Shown: positions 31,970 through 41,524 of the stretch, one piece after another
Layout: every line of letters starts with the position of its first letter
How positions within the stretch are numbered: position 1 is the first letter of the stretch
From: Methanosarcinales archaeon
GTDB lineage: Archaea > Halobacteriota > UBA148 > JAUWXC01
Length of the DNA: 64,000 nucleotides
Direction: 5' to 3'
NCBI GenBank assembly: GCA_026016205.1
Contig: CP061209.1
Coordinates: 823,286 to 887,285, forward strand
Notes under the pieces: generated by a model
Seen by the model: the letters and a program-made list of their open reading frames with translations, nothing else
Databases searched by the model: none
Told to the model about the DNA's origin: nothing
Position numbers and translations under genes: made by a program

Positions 31970-32938
31970 TTATTTTTTCTTAAGCGATGGTATGATTTCT
32001 CTGCCTATTAGTTTAATGGCAGCAGATTTATCTGGACCGATTGGCGAGCCGATTACGACCTGCGTAACGCCTAGCTCGTACAGTTCATGAATCCTTTGAA
32101 GGCAGTGCTCCGGTGAGCCATGGATGGAAAATGCATTGGCCATTTTGTCTGTAACAGACGCAAACGCTGTGTGATAATCGCCCCTTGCAAGGGCAGTTCT
32201 AATATTCAGTGCCGTTTCAAGACTTATTCCATGCCGCTCCAATATGAATTTCGGCGTGCCCGCAACAATGTAGGCGACGATTGGCAATACGGCTTCCTTT
32301 GCCTTTTTTTCGTCCAGGTCAACAGAAAAGCTCGTGTACGCGGCTATGTCAAAGCCCTTCTTTGCGTGCTTTAGCCTTGAAATTGCATACTTAAAATCCA
32401 GAGGATGAGAGGCGTTGATTAAAACTCCATCTCCGATGAGGCTTGCTGTTTCGAGCATCCTGGGACCTTGAGCACCTATATAGATAGGTATCTTTGAGGC
32501 GGGGCAAGTCAACTGCGCACCATTCAGCTTGAAAAATTCGCCATTAAACGTAACGCGCTCGCCTGTCAACAGGCACCTGATGATTTTTACTGCTTCCTTC
32601 AACCTTGCTACAGGTTTCTCGCGATGAATACCTATTGACGCCAGTGTGGTTTCATCGCCAGCGCCAACACCGAGCATGGCTCGCCCGCCAGAGGCTTCAT
32701 CAAGGGAGGCTACTGCAGATGCTGTCAGTGCAGGATGGATGTGATATGGATTCGTGGCACCTGGGCCAAGTTTAACTTTTTTAGTCTTCCCTGCCAACAA
32801 GGATAATGCCACATAGGCGTTTCTGTTGTTGTAGTGGTCCGTAACCCAAACTGCGTCAAATCCGCATTCTTCCGCAAGAACGGCATGTGAAACCAGCTCG
32901 CTCAGCGGGATGTTTGGAACAAATTCAATACCAAGCAT
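31970..32938 (-). CDS. mer: F420-dependent methylene-H4MPT reductase
   Basis: GIEFVP, WVTDHYNNR, GPG.TNPY, GAQGP.ML, LINAS.P.DF, GSPIGPD. Confidence 0.88.
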   Translation of the reverse strand: MLGIEFVPNIPLSELVSHAVLAEECGFDAVWVTDHYNNRNAYVALSLLAGKTKKVKLGPGATNPYHIHPALTASAVASLDEASGGRAMLGVGAGDETTLASIGIHREKPVARLKEAVKIIRCLLTGERVTFNGEFFKLNGAQLTCPASKIPIYIGAQGPRMLETASLIGDGVLINASHPLDFKYAISRLKHAKKGFDIAAYTSFSVDLDEKKAKEAVLPIVAYIVAGTPKFILERHGISLETALNIRTALARGDYHTAFASVTDKMANAFSIHGSPEHCLQRIHELYELGVTQVVIGSPIGPDKSAAIKLIGREIIPSLKKK

Positions 32939-32976
32939 GAAACCACCATATTAAGATAGTTCTTGAATTAAAAAGG

Positions 32977-33732
32977 CTACCGTTTCAATCTAATGTGCAC
33001 CTGACCGGAAACGCGCAAGTTAAGCGCTTTTGTTGCACTGCCCTCTCTCAGGGAAATTTCAAGAAAACCATGACTCCCAACCGTGAGCAATAGCTCAGAC
33101 GCATCCGCATACGTCCTTACGAATGGCATCCGCTGGCCGCATACTTCCGCCTCGTCGCCATAGCGCAGGTGCTGCAGGGCAAGCGAGCCCGGAATGTTGG
33201 TTATGATGTTCCCAAACCCGTCAATGTAAATGACTTCGCCGCTCAGCGCTTCATTGGATGCTTCCACCTTGCCAAAGTCAAGGTTTATGAAATCGTCTAT
33301 CGGTTTGAATCTTGAAATGCCATAGTCCTTTGACAATTCTGCCGCCACAGGAGCGAAAACATCCCTGCCATGAAATGTGGCTGACTTTGGTGGCGCATAT
33401 TTGATCTCGTGCACCGTAAAATCCCCAAGGTTTCTCGCTGCCGGAATTAGAAGACCATTATCAGGGCCCACAAGATATTGCTCACCCGCTTTAATCACCA
33501 GCGCGCGTCTCTTCGTGCCAACGCCGGGGTCGATGACCGCTACGTGAATCGTTTTATCTGGAAATTCCTTGGCAGCATACATCAGCGCGAATGCGCCCGC
33601 CCTGACGTTCTGGGGCGGAACGTTGTGCGAGATGTCGATGATTGTGGCATTGGGATTAATTTTAAGAATAACGGCCTTCATCAGCGCGGGATATAAATCC
33701 CCGAAGTCCGTGAGCAAGGTGAGTATAGGCAT
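32977..33732 (-). CDS. SAM hydroxide adenosyltransferase (DUF62)
   Basis: LLTDFG, VIDPGVG, GPDNG, SATFHGRDVFAP, D.FGN. Confidence 0.92.
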   Translation of the reverse strand: MPILTLLTDFGDLYPALMKAVILKINPNATIIDISHNVPPQNVRAGAFALMYAAKEFPDKTIHVAVIDPGVGTKRRALVIKAGEQYLVGPDNGLLIPAARNLGDFTVHEIKYAPPKSATFHGRDVFAPVAAELSKDYGISRFKPIDDFINLDFGKVEASNEALSGEVIYIDGFGNIITNIPGSLALQHLRYGDEAEVCGQRMPFVRTYADASELLLTVGSHGFLEISLREGSATKALNLRVSGQVHIRLKR

Positions 33733-33831
33733 GGTTACACTACTTTCGTTTATCTCATTATCGACACGTATATTAAGCATCTCCTTAAACCATCGATTTT
33801 AAAGTTCAAAAGTGTGTAACTAGAAGTAAGA

Positions 33832-34083
33832 ATGTTAGAGATAAGAGTGAGAGTCGGACCAAAAGGACAGGTAGTTATTCCACAAGTGTTCAGGAGGGCA
33901 CTAAAAATAGCCCCCAAATCTGAGGTAATTTTCAAGTTAGAAGGCAACAGGCTCATCATCAAAAAACCAAGAAAGGATGTAATCAAGACCTTCGAAATGA
34001 TTGCAAAGTCCCAGCCCAGGTTCACCAGAAAAATGCATCCGCATGAGACGTACGAAGAGAAACTTGCGGCGAGGTTAGGATGA
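33832..34083 (+). CDS. AbrB/MazE-type antitoxin
   Basis: VGPKGQVVIP..FR..L.I. Confidence 0.85.
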   Translation: MLEIRVRVGPKGQVVIPQVFRRALKIAPKSEVIFKLEGNRLIIKKPRKDVIKTFEMIAKSQPRFTRKMHPHETYEEKLAARLG

Positions 34084-34127
34084 TATACATAGACTCAATG
34101 GTGCCCATCTATGTGATTTTGTATTAA
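34080..34127 (+). pseudogene. Truncated VapC/PIN toxin remnant
   Basis: ATGA-coupled to abrB; MIYIDSMVPIYVILY* resembles a PIN N-terminus and then stops. Confidence 0.6.
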
Positions 34128-34190
34128 CTGCCGAAAAGAATAAATAGTATATACAATAACTTTTATGTGAGTTAATGTAAGTGATATAAT

Positions 34191-34394
34191 ATGCAATGCG
34201 AATTTCAACCCTCAAAACATGCCAAGGATCAGATGGTCCTTAGGGGCATTTCAAAAAGGGAGGTTTTGAATTGTATCTTGAAAGGAGCAAAAAGGTTGCA
34301 GGAAAAAAAGATCGTTGGCATCTTCGGAAAATTGGAGGTTGTCTTTCAGAAGAGACCTTGTCATTATTATATCATAACAACTTACTGGAGGTGA
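34191..34394 (+). CDS. DUF4258-like (RelE/BrnT-fold) toxin
   Basis: SKHA..QM..RGIS..EV, IITTY motif. Confidence 0.7.
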   Translation: MQCEFQPSKHAKDQMVLRGISKREVLNCILKGAKRLQEKKIVGIFGKLEVVFQKRPCHYYIITTYWR

Positions 34395-34395
34395 A

Positions 34396-34725
34396 TTGAT
34401 GAAGTGCCCTATATGTGAAGAAGGTATGGAAAGAAAAAAGGTCCCATATACTATAGGAAGTGTTAAGCTCGGCACCTTTGAGGCAGATGTTTGCTCGTCT
34501 TGTGGTGAAATATTCTTTACAGAGAAGTCGTCTGATGCTATAGATAGGAAGGCAAAGGAATTGGGAGTTTGGGGGCTTGAGAAAAAAGGGAGAATAGGAT
34601 ATTCTGGAAATTCTCTCATCGTGAGAATCCCGAAAAAAGTGGCCGAATTCATGAAGCTGAAAAAAGGAGAGGGAATTCTCATCAAGCCTGAAGATAAAAA
34701 GCGGCTGGTCATCGAGATAGAGTAA
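34396..34725 (+). CDS. YgiT/MqsA-type Zn-finger + AbrB antitoxin
   Basis: CPIC...CSSCGE plus GNSLIVRIPK AbrB motif. Confidence 0.75.
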   Translation: MMKCPICEEGMERKKVPYTIGSVKLGTFEADVCSSCGEIFFTEKSSDAIDRKAKELGVWGLEKKGRIGYSGNSLIVRIPKKVAEFMKLKKGEGILIKPEDKKRLVIEIE

Positions 34726-34748
34726 TTGATTACTGAAAAATGCCGCAG

Positions 34749-35651
34749 TCACACCATATTCCTCAATCCAGCTTTCTCTACTATTTCCAATGCTCTTATG
34801 CGTTCCCCGGAGCTCAAGCGCCTGTTGATCTCAGGATGCTGATGTGCCTTGTAATAGGGCATGTACTGAAACATGAGGTTGAACCGCACCCCAGGCATGT
34901 GCTTCGCAACCCATGCAACAAGTGGCTTCGTACAGCATTCGAGATGATTGGGCAACACAAGATGCCGTATAATAACATCCGCATCCTCACGCGCTAACAG
35001 GAGGTTTCGTGTAGTAATGTCCCAGTAATTGTTTACGTTCGAGTGTTTTTTCGCGCACTCGTCATTTCCATACCTGAAATCCGCTAAATAGACATCTATC
35101 ACGCCACTCAACAACTCCATCGCCTCAGTGGAGCAGTACATATTAGAATTCCATATCACGGGCGTGTTTACGTTGCATTTGTCCATGATTTGTAATATGG
35201 TGTGCAGGTGCGGCGTTGGGTCGCCGCCAACGAAGTTTACATTTTTCGCACCCTGATAGTTTCTCATTGCAATAATCTCTGCCATCCTCGCTGGCAAAAC
35301 AGGCGTTCCCGACGTTGGAGCAGTCGATATATCCCAGTTCTGGCAATAGACGCATGAAAAGGTGCAGCCCGTGAAGAAAATCGTGTGCGATGGCACCAAT
35401 TCTGGCCCCTCGCCATAATGGAGAAACTCTGAGGCATAGTACGAGACTGCCTCAACGCCGCAGTATCCGACTTCGTGCTCTAGCCGGTTCACATCACAGC
35501 GCCGCTCACAGAAATGGCAGTGCCGCAGTATTTCATTTGCCTTTTCTATTTTCGCGCTTAATGACGATGTTCGCTTTGCAAGCAGATATTTCGCTAAACA
35601 CTTCCCGCTCAAAACGTCAAAATACCGCCCAATTCTTTGTACCTGCGACAT
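34749..35651 (-). CDS. PflX-like radical SAM protein
   Basis: CHFCERRC, GCTFSCVYCQN, VGGDPT, RHLVLP. Confidence 0.88.
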   Translation of the reverse strand: MSQVQRIGRYFDVLSGKCLAKYLLAKRTSSLSAKIEKANEILRHCHFCERRCDVNRLEHEVGYCGVEAVSYYASEFLHYGEGPELVPSHTIFFTGCTFSCVYCQNWDISTAPTSGTPVLPARMAEIIAMRNYQGAKNVNFVGGDPTPHLHTILQIMDKCNVNTPVIWNSNMYCSTEAMELLSGVIDVYLADFRYGNDECAKKHSNVNNYWDITTRNLLLAREDADVIIRHLVLPNHLECCTKPLVAWVAKHMPGVRFNLMFQYMPYYKAHQHPEINRRLSSGERIRALEIVEKAGLRNMV

Positions 35652-35654
35652 AGC

Positions 35655-37535
35655 TTAATGTGGTACCGCTTTGTCTGGTAGCGCAATCCCAATCCTGGCT
35701 TCAGAGGCGAACTTTTGTAGACGTTTGAGCAAACCACCTTTTCTTCTGCCAACGAGACTGTGTTCAAGAACGTCATTGATTGACGCTACAGGAATAATTT
35801 TAATTGTATCCTTGTACTTGTCCTCGATCAGCACATCATTTTCATTTGCCTTTGGAATCAATACCGTTTTAATGCCAGATTTGGCAGCTGCCTCAATTTT
35901 ATATGTCACACCTCCAACTGGCAATACCTCACCCCTAACAGACAAAGAGCCTGTCATCGCAACGCTCTGGTCGATAGGGACACCTTCGAGTGCAGATAGG
36001 ACGGCTGTAGCGACGGAGATGGATGCACTATCACCTTCCACGCCTTCATAGGTTCCAATGAACTGGATGTGAATGTCCTTGTTCGAGATATCATGGCCGG
36101 TGAACTTCTTAAAGAATGCCGAGACGTTTTGCACCGACTCTCTGGCTATATCCTGGAGCTGACCGGTGGCGATAACTTTTCCCTCTTCCTTTGACTGAGC
36201 AGGCGTCACCTCTGCGACGATGGGGAGAACTACCCCCGAGTCACCGCCAACAATAGCAAGTCCATTCACCCTGCCAATCTCTGCGCCCTTGCTTCTGAAC
36301 ATTTTGTAATCCGTTCTTTGTTCGAGATATCTATCTGCTGCCTGCTGCTCTATGGAGCGGGACATCTTCTTGGCATTCCTGACGTGCTCGGCTGTCGTGA
36401 GTTCGGCGCCTTCGGCGCTGGCAATATCGCCGGCAACCCTGACCAACCCGCCAAGGTCTCTCAGCTTTAGGGTTAACCGGCCTTTTCGACCGGAGCGCCG
36501 TCGCGCCTCTAGGATGATTTCCCTAACCGCATCTGTAGTAAAGTGAGGAATCTTTTTGTCTTTCTTCACTTCCTGCGCGACAAATCTGACCAATTTGCGC
36601 CGATTCTCTGGCGTGTCATCCATGGTATCCCGCACGTAGACTTCATAGCCATATCCCTTTATTCTTGAGCGCAACGCGGGATGCATCTCTTTTATTGATT
36701 CAAGATTGCCGGCAGCCACCATGATAAAGTCACACGGCACGGGCTCTGTTTTAACCATCGCTCCTGAGCTGCGTTCAGACTGTCCGGTAATCGAATATTC
36801 GCCTTCCTGCAAAGCGGTAAGCAGGCTATACTGTGACTCGGGTCGCAGGAGGTTGATTTCATCGATGAAGAGGACACCTTTATGCGCCTTATGAATGGCT
36901 CCTGCCTCTACCCTATCGTGAGCTGGCGTCTCAAGCCCTCCTGACTGGAAGGGGTCGTGTCTTACATCCCCTAACAGGGCACCTGAATGCGAGCCGGTAG
37001 CATCGATGTATGGAGCAGTATCCTTGCCTTCGCCTGATACTAACAACTTAGGAACAAGCGCTTCTTCTCTTGGCGTAACATACCTGAGCGCAACAAAGAT
37101 GAGGACGGCGGCAATGATTCCAAAAAGCAGTTGATTTGTAATAATGGAGTATATGAGGATTGCCATGACGAATAGCATGTACATCAGACTGCGCATCTGG
37201 GTTTTCTTTCGTGCCTCTGCTCTGTGAGATTCGACGATTTGCTTTCCTTTCCCAGCAGGAACGACCCTAACCCTTGGATTGTTGTTATCATCGGGATTAT
37301 AATAGACCAAAACATCCTGCATCTCTTCTTTCGGGAGAAGTTCAGCCATAGCCTTAGCTAACATCGATTTACCGGTTCCCGGCGTACCGATTAGCATCAC
37401 ATGGCGGCGCTGCTTGGCCGCCTTTTTTACCACTTCGACCGCGTGCTCCTGACCTATGACCTGGTCGACCAAAATCTCGGGCACCTTGATGTCGCTGGTC
37501 GCAGTTATTTCCAGTCCGCCCAAAACATCATCCAT
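35655..37535 (-). CDS. lonB: Membrane-anchored archaeal Lon protease
   Basis: GTPGTGKS, TM insertion, HDPFQSGG, EGDSAS catalytic Ser, PVGGV..K. Confidence 0.96.
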   Translation of the reverse strand: MDDVLGGLEITATSDIKVPEILVDQVIGQEHAVEVVKKAAKQRRHVMLIGTPGTGKSMLAKAMAELLPKEEMQDVLVYYNPDDNNNPRVRVVPAGKGKQIVESHRAEARKKTQMRSLMYMLFVMAILIYSIITNQLLFGIIAAVLIFVALRYVTPREEALVPKLLVSGEGKDTAPYIDATGSHSGALLGDVRHDPFQSGGLETPAHDRVEAGAIHKAHKGVLFIDEINLLRPESQYSLLTALQEGEYSITGQSERSSGAMVKTEPVPCDFIMVAAGNLESIKEMHPALRSRIKGYGYEVYVRDTMDDTPENRRKLVRFVAQEVKKDKKIPHFTTDAVREIILEARRRSGRKGRLTLKLRDLGGLVRVAGDIASAEGAELTTAEHVRNAKKMSRSIEQQAADRYLEQRTDYKMFRSKGAEIGRVNGLAIVGGDSGVVLPIVAEVTPAQSKEEGKVIATGQLQDIARESVQNVSAFFKKFTGHDISNKDIHIQFIGTYEGVEGDSASISVATAVLSALEGVPIDQSVAMTGSLSVRGEVLPVGGVTYKIEAAAKSGIKTVLIPKANENDVLIEDKYKDTIKIIPVASINDVLEHSLVGRRKGGLLKRLQKFASEARIGIALPDKAVPH

Positions 37536-37591
37536 CGTTGTCCTCTATATGATTGGAATCTACAATATAATATCTTTCTGGCTGACGTGCT

Positions 37592-38905
37592 TTACCTCTC
37601 AAGGGCGTCAAGGGCAAGCGTTAGTATATCAACCACCGATGACACAGGGGGCGCATAACAGGTCTCGATGTGTCGCAGTTGCCCACATGTCGCTCCGCTT
37701 TTAATCATAAATGATAGCGCATCAATCCTCTCTTTCACGCCCTCCTCAGAGATGAGCTGTGCACCAATTAATCGTTCCTCTGCGAATAGCAGCTTGGCAC
37801 AAATCTTTTTCCCACCAGGATAACAATGCGCCCTGGTCAATCCATGCGCCTTTCCTTCAGTTGGCACCAATCCCGCCTGCTTGGCAGCATACGAGGTCAA
37901 TCCAACAGATCCAACCTGAAGACCTGCAATAACTGATATGACTGGGTTTACGGCAGGAGCAAATATTGCATCCCCCCCACAGACATTCTCTGCCACAACC
38001 CTGGCCTGCTGGACAGCTGTTCCCCCCAGCATACTGAGTGCGGGGCTAGCGGTTATATGATGGGCAACTTCTACACAGCCCCCTGCAGCATAGACGCTTG
38101 CGCTCTTGGCCACGCGCATGGAAGGGGCAACTTGTATGCCTCCTGTTTCGCCAATTTTAATGCCCGCCTGCTTAGCAAGGCCGACGTTTGGCTTTATGCC
38201 ATGGGATATGATTACCAAATCTGCCGGGATTACCTCTTTGCCAACGGTAACAAATTCCACATGTTCGGGGCCGTTAATCGAGCCAAGTGGAGATCCTGTG
38301 ATGACCTTCGCACCCAAACTTTCCAGCTTATTTTGAACGATGGTCGTCATATCCGGGTCAAGATACCCAGGGAGTAGATACGGTGACGGTGCCACCATCG
38401 TGGTGTTGATTCCAGAGGTGATTAACGCCGATGCGATTTCAAGGGTTGCAGGGTCCGCACCTGCCACTACAGCATTTGTCGCATTTTTCATGGCTTCCTT
38501 GATTTTTTTACCATCCTCAATGCTTTTAATGAAAAAAACGCCATTTTTGTCGATGCCGGGTATCTGCGGAATGTCGTGGGCAACACCGGTCGCTATCACG
38601 AGGTGGCCATAAGCACGTTTCTCGCCTTCAACGATGATGGAATTATTCTCAATGTCGATGGCAGTGACCTCTGTGTTGGTGCGCAGATCAATGCTCTTGT
38701 CCTTGTAATAGGCGAAATCATGCATCATAAGGTCTTCAAAAGAGGTTATGTCGCCAGACAAAACAAAGGAGATGTCACGCGGGGAATATGCCACGTATTG
38801 ATCCTTGGTAAAAAGGGTGATTCCTATATTAGGGTCTTTTTCGCGAACGTACGAAGCAACTGACGCCCCGGCGATTCCGCTGCCAATAATCACAAGTTCT
38901 GGCAT
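37592..38905 (-). CDS. NADH oxidase/CoA-disulfide reductase-like flavoprotein, catalytically degenerate
   Basis: GSGIAG FAD motif, IATG, YAPP dimerisation motif; YSPRD instead of YSPCG. Confidence 0.8.
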   Translation of the reverse strand: MPELVIIGSGIAGASVASYVREKDPNIGITLFTKDQYVAYSPRDISFVLSGDITSFEDLMMHDFAYYKDKSIDLRTNTEVTAIDIENNSIIVEGEKRAYGHLVIATGVAHDIPQIPGIDKNGVFFIKSIEDGKKIKEAMKNATNAVVAGADPATLEIASALITSGINTTMVAPSPYLLPGYLDPDMTTIVQNKLESLGAKVITGSPLGSINGPEHVEFVTVGKEVIPADLVIISHGIKPNVGLAKQAGIKIGETGGIQVAPSMRVAKSASVYAAGGCVEVAHHITASPALSMLGGTAVQQARVVAENVCGGDAIFAPAVNPVISVIAGLQVGSVGLTSYAAKQAGLVPTEGKAHGLTRAHCYPGGKKICAKLLFAEERLIGAQLISEEGVKERIDALSFMIKSGATCGQLRHIETCYAPPVSSVVDILTLALDALER

Positions 38906-38998
38906 GACATCAACTTATTAAACACCTTGTTTATAATATTGTTGCATTAAAAAGCCTAAAGTTTATAATAATAAAGACGATTATGCGTAGGGGTTAAT

Positions 38999-39838
38999 GT
39001 GAAAATCATTGGAGGGTCAGCATCGCAGTTGCTCGCAAGCAGGGTTGCGTCCAGATTGGGCTGCGAACTTATTAGGGTTGAGTACAAACGGTTCCCTGAT
39101 GGCGAATCGTACGTGCGCGTGCAGGACGATATCGATGAGGTTTTGATAATCCAGAGTACAGTCGTAGATAGTGATTGGATTTGCCTGCTGCAGTTGATCG
39201 ATGCATGCGAGGGTGCGAAGCATATTAGAGTAGTGATACCGTATGTTGGATACGCGCGCCAAGACAGCCAGTCGCACCCGGGGGAGGCAATAAGCGCAAG
39301 GGCCTTGGCAAAAACCGTTCATGTAGCTGAAATTTTCACGATAAACATCCACAATCCATCCATCCTGAAGTATTTTAGCGGAAAGGTACGCGATTTGGAT
39401 GCGGCGCCCTCCATCGGAAGATATGTCAGTTCCCTTAAACTTAACAAGCCCATCATAATCGCGCCTGATGATGGAGCAAGGGCACTGGCTGAATCCGCTG
39501 CCTTAAACCTCGGCATCGATTTTGATGTTTTAGAAAAGAAGCGGCTGAGTGGCGATGAAGTTGAGATAAAGGCAAAGCATCTTGACGTTACGGATAGGGA
39601 TGTCGTCATAATAGATGACATAATCTCAACCGGCGGAACGATGGCAGAGACGATTGAATTGCTCAGAAGGCAAAAGCCGAACGACATCTATGCAGCTTGC
39701 GTACACCCAGTACTCGTGAGGGATGCGGTTAGCAGACTATTTCAGGCAGGCGCAAAGGATGTTATCGCAACAGACACTATTGAAAAAGGCGTAAGCGTCG
39801 TCAGCGTTGCGCCGATAATTGCCGAAGCGCTTAAGTGA
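38999..39838 (+). CDS. prs: Ribose-phosphate pyrophosphokinase
   Basis: FPDGE, PY.GYARQD, APD.GA, DDIISTGGT. Confidence 0.93.
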   Translation: MKIIGGSASQLLASRVASRLGCELIRVEYKRFPDGESYVRVQDDIDEVLIIQSTVVDSDWICLLQLIDACEGAKHIRVVIPYVGYARQDSQSHPGEAISARALAKTVHVAEIFTINIHNPSILKYFSGKVRDLDAAPSIGRYVSSLKLNKPIIIAPDDGARALAESAALNLGIDFDVLEKKRLSGDEVEIKAKHLDVTDRDVVIIDDIISTGGTMAETIELLRRQKPNDIYAACVHPVLVRDAVSRLFQAGAKDVIATDTIEKGVSVVSVAPIIAEALK

Positions 39839-39859
39839 TTCGCCCTGGGAGCAGGCACA

Positions 39860-40858
39860 ATGCTGGAGATAGATGGTTCGCATGGAGAGGGTGGGGGGCA
39901 GATTCTCAGAACATCAGTTGCGCTCGCTGCCTTGACCGGAAAAAGTGTCAAAATTAAAAACATAAGAGCAAGTAGATCAAAACCTGGACTTGCTCCACAG
40001 CACCTGGAAGCGGTGCGCTGTATGTCATCGCTGACGGATGCAGATGTCAGTGGATTGACGTTAGGGTCAACAGAGATAACATTTGCCCCCAAGGGAATTA
40101 AGGGAGGCGACCATGAGATTGATATAGGCACAGCAGGCAGCATCCCCCTTCTTTTGGAGTGCGTCATGCCTGCAGCCACACGTGCGGAGGATGTTCTTTC
40201 CTTGCACATAAGAGGGGGAACAGATGTTAGATGGGCGCCGTCAATCGACTATATAAGATATGTTTTCCTGCCAGCAATAGCCAAAATGGGTTATAGCGCT
40301 GAGATCGAGGTTGTCCGGAGGGGTTATTACCCGCGTGGCGGGGGCCTTGTCAGAGCAGTCATCCATCCTTCGGGGCTGAAGGGTGTTGAGTTTACACTTC
40401 CGGAAGAAATTAAGATAGGGGGTATCTCCCATAGCTCGCGTCTGCCAGAACATGTTGCGCTCAGGCAGGCAGCGTCTGCAAAACAGATTTTAAGCGATGT
40501 GGGATACGATGCATCAATATCCATCGAGACCAATAACTATGAATCCACCGGCAGCGGCATCACGCTCTGGTGCGATAACATCGGTGGATGTGCGATTGGC
40601 GAGAGGGGCAAGCCTGCCGAGGAGGTTGGTAAAGAGGCAGCAGAATTCCTCTTGGGAGAACTAAACTCAGGTGCAAGCGTTGACGTGCATCTCGCGGACC
40701 AACTCATACCGTACATGGCGCTAGCCAAAGGCAAATCGGGCATTACGGTAAGAGAGCTTACAGTGCACACGAAAACGAATATCTGGGTGGTAGAGCAGTT
40801 TTTAGACGTAGAGTTTGACGCGCACGAAAATGAACTTGTCAAGATCGTTAAGAGATGA
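39860..40858 (+). CDS. rtcA: RNA 3'-terminal phosphate cyclase
   Basis: GEGGGQILR, PGL.PQH, RGYYP.GGG, HLADQL, T.HT.TN. Confidence 0.95.
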   Translation: MLEIDGSHGEGGGQILRTSVALAALTGKSVKIKNIRASRSKPGLAPQHLEAVRCMSSLTDADVSGLTLGSTEITFAPKGIKGGDHEIDIGTAGSIPLLLECVMPAATRAEDVLSLHIRGGTDVRWAPSIDYIRYVFLPAIAKMGYSAEIEVVRRGYYPRGGGLVRAVIHPSGLKGVEFTLPEEIKIGGISHSSRLPEHVALRQAASAKQILSDVGYDASISIETNNYESTGSGITLWCDNIGGCAIGERGKPAEEVGKEAAEFLLGELNSGASVDVHLADQLIPYMALAKGKSGITVRELTVHTKTNIWVVEQFLDVEFDAHENELVKIVKR

Positions 40859-41477
40859 TTTCTAAGAACGTTGGCGGAATAATCTCTGAGAGGCAGATTT
40901 GGTCGCTGACGTTCATTATCTTGATTCCACTTTCCTGTGCTTGTTTGGCATTTATGATTATCACAATGGGCTGATCGGTCCTATATTTCGCAACCCTGAT
41001 CGCTTCGTCAAAACTGGTGCTTAGATGGAGATACCTCTGATTGACGGGCTTCAGACCGACCTCGAGGATTCTGCCTGCTTCCTCCTCTGTCGTGCCATAG
41101 TACAGCTCTGGCCGCTCATTAAGGGGGAAATCCAGATCGACGTTAACCGAGTGCGCGTACCTTGCCCTGATCTTGTCCTCACTTATTTCGTATCTGCCCT
41201 TGACGTCGGATTCTATCAGCGCGAAAAGATGTTCCCTGTAAAACCACCTATACCTGTCTTCCAGTGCAGTAATTAAAGACTCCACATCCACCCATCCTCG
41301 TTTGTCCATCTCAAGATACAACTTTTCTGGAAAGTGCCGCAGTGCACCTGACACCATCTTTCCTAGCTGGGTCGTCCTTCCCTCATCCAGAATTGGTCGT
41401 CCGGCCTGATCGCATTGACATTTCTCGCCCCTGAAATATCCATGAGTGGGGCACATCCTTATTTGATCTGTTTCCAT
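40848..41477 (-). CDS. kptA: RNA 2'-phosphotransferase (Tpt1)
   Basis: N-terminal C..H..C.C, LRH, KGRY, IRA.Y.HS, HLS. Confidence 0.9.
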   Translation of the reverse strand: METDQIRMCPTHGYFRGEKCQCDQAGRPILDEGRTTQLGKMVSGALRHFPEKLYLEMDKRGWVDVESLITALEDRYRWFYREHLFALIESDVKGRYEISEDKIRARYAHSVNVDLDFPLNERPELYYGTTEEEAGRILEVGLKPVNQRYLHLSTSFDEAIRVAKYRTDQPIVIIINAKQAQESGIKIMNVSDQICLSEIIPPTFLEIIS

Positions 41478-41524
41478 TTTTAGTCCTCCTAAAGATGTGA
41501 AGTAGAAATATTACGTTTTGCCAT

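Noticed and set aside
38777-38779. CGT>TGT editing restoring the Nox cysteine, as support for C-to-U editing
   Set aside because: Other motif losses in the same protein cannot be fixed by C-to-U changes, so divergence explains it better.
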